From a virus (taxonomy: Duplodnaviria > Caudoviricetes), in the IMG/VR virus record IMGVR_UViG_3300010373_000056, positions 1 to 55,492 of that record: a stretch of DNA of 55,492 nucleotides, one strand, 5' to 3'. Under the pieces are notes generated by a model that was not told the DNA's origin, searched no databases, and was given only the letters and a program-made list of their open reading frames with translations. Position numbers and translations under genes: made by a program. How positions within the stretch are numbered: the first letter of the stretch is position 1; every line of letters begins with the position of its first letter. Shown here piece by piece: positions 54,255 through 55,492 of this stretch.

Positions 54255-54713
54255 CTAGGCGGTTGCGGCGGGGTTGTCCGGGTTGGCCGGAACCAGAGCG
54301 GGAGCGGCGTCGGGCACCGTGGCCGCCGGGACGTCGGTCGGAGTCGCCACTGCGGCGGCTGCCGCGTCAGCGATCGGAGTGGGCTCGGCTGCAGCCAGGG
54401 CAGGAGCCGGAGCGGGCGCAGGGGCTGGGATGTCCGCTGCCGCGTCTGCCGTGACCGCCGTGGTCTGAGCCCCGACCGCCGCCGTGAGCTTCGACAGGTC
54501 CAAGCTGGACGCCGGGGCTCCCGGGTTGGAGGCGATCTGCGCCTGCAGGGCGACGACCTCGGTCTGGATGTTCGCCAGGGTGGCCGTGTTGGCCTCGACC
54601 TGAGTGGTGAGAGCGTCTACGTCTGCCTGAGTCATGATCAGTCCTTCGAGTATGAGATGGAGCAAGTCGTCGGAGTCGCAATCCGGGACGCATGCGTGAC
54701 GACGAAGCGACAT
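54255..54713 (-). CDS. Coiled-coil Ala/Pro-rich protein
   Basis: IMTQADVDALTTQV coiled coil; start uncertain. Confidence 0.6.
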   Translation of the reverse strand: MSLRRHACVPDCDSDDLLHLILEGLIMTQADVDALTTQVEANTATLANIQTEVVALQAQIASNPGAPASSLDLSKLTAAVGAQTTAVTADAAADIPAPAPAPAPALAAAEPTPIADAAAAAVATPTDVPAATVPDAAPALVPANPDNPAATA

Positions 54714-54734
54714 CACTGACCCCCGGACATGACA

Positions 54735-54768
54735 AAGGCCCAACCCACGCGGAACGGGGTCGGGCCTT
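54735..54768 (-). terminator. Hairpin at the early/late boundary
   Basis: Minus strand AAGGCCCGACCC-N10-GGGTTGGGCCTT-TGTC. Confidence 0.6.
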
Positions 54769-55049
54769 ATGAGGACGTGCAGAACCTACAGTAGATAACG
54801 CTAACGTTCCCGACTGTCGGGATCCACCCAAGCGGGTGTGATCTACGTTGGCGCGGGCAGCCATCAGCTGAAGCGTGACCACGCCATCCGTGTCGTGGCG
54901 GGTGTCTGTCACCCAGAAGTCCTCGCCGTTCACTCTGACGATCTCGCCCTTGCCGGGGATGTAGACAGCCGAGCTGCCACGTATTTCGAGGTAACCCGTC
55001 GTGCGCATCGGCGGCTCGGCGACGAACGGCTCAGTCCACTCGGGGGCAC

Positions 55050-55492
55050 TCATGCCACTGCTCTCCCGTGTTTGGCTTTCTTCTCCCGACGGACGGCCAG
55101 GACGGCCCGGACATCGGCCAGCCGGTACAGCTTCACCCCGTCGAGGCTCGTCCCCACGGGGTAGATGTACCCCGAGTAGGCCATCTTGCGGATCATCGAC
55201 GGAGTCACCGGGTCGTCCGGCGAGGTGAGGGCGTTGGCGATGTCGACGGTCTCCATCAGCTCGGGCAGGTGGCTCAGCATCTCCTCCCGGCGCTCGGCCA
55301 CCTCGTACACGATCCCGCACGCCTGGCACTTCACCTCAGGGTCGTGCAGCTTCCCGTACAGAGGAGCGCCGCACTTCCCCGGCACTGGGTGCAGGTCGTA
55401 GATGCCGTTGCGGATAGCGAGGCACGAGTCGTGCTGGCAGGGCTCCAGGCCGGTGCAGAGCGGGCCGATCAGCGGTCTAGCGTCCACCCGCA
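55050..55492 (-). CDS. 3' part of origin-spanning Zn-finger/HTH protein
   Basis: CGAPLY...VKCQACG; terminal HTH IRKMAYSG...LYRLADV. Confidence 0.8.
   Translation of the reverse strand, partial: RVDARPLIGPLCTGLEPCQHDSCLAIRNGIYDLHPVPGKCGAPLYGKLHDPEVKCQACGIVYEVAERREEMLSHLPELMETVDIANALTSPDDPVTPSMIRKMAYSGYIYPVGTSLDGVKLYRLADVRAVLAVRREKKAKHGRAVA
55474..55492 (+). repeat. Terminal direct repeat, right copy
   Basis: Identical to 1-19. Confidence 0.95.

Noticed and set aside
54785-54810. Additional copy of the junction arm (GATAACGCTA)
   Set aside because: Only a 6-7 nt match; better explained as promoter sequence
55474-55492. Biological terminal repeat or att site
   Set aside because: It falls in the middle of a gene, so it is best explained as a circular assembly overlap

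Overview
The window is a complete, circularly assembled temperate siphovirus-type phage of a high-GC actinomycete host. Bases 1-19 repeat exactly at 55474-55492 (unique length about 55,473 bp) and one gene reads in frame across that join. Almost all genes are on the minus strand. Late arm: terminases, portal, MuF-like protein, a glycosyltransferase/methyltransferase cluster, XkdF-like protease and scaffold, major capsid, neck and tail genes (two tail-tube paralogs flanking the tape measure), lysis genes and repeat-rich fibre genes. Early arm: cro, Rad52-like SSAP with YqaJ exonuclease, RusA, replication initiator, DnaB-like helicase, phosphoesterase, two DNA methyltransferases and many small genes. 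A plus-strand lysogeny block holds the repressor (with a tRNA-derived attP core inside it), a tyrosine integrase, a methyltransferase and a lipoprotein. The most unusual signals are: (1) a family of translated inverted-repeat junction elements bounding a mosaic array of early genes at 1.3-6.4 kb; (2) a roughly 270-nt multi-stem, probably pseudoknotted ncRNA candidate at 52.64-52.92 kb; (3) a virion glycosylation/methylation-like gene set; (4) a sortase-type LAXTG surface protein; (5) an orphan antitoxin-like peptide and several leaderless plus-strand morons. All product calls come from motif recognition by eye; no database searches were run.
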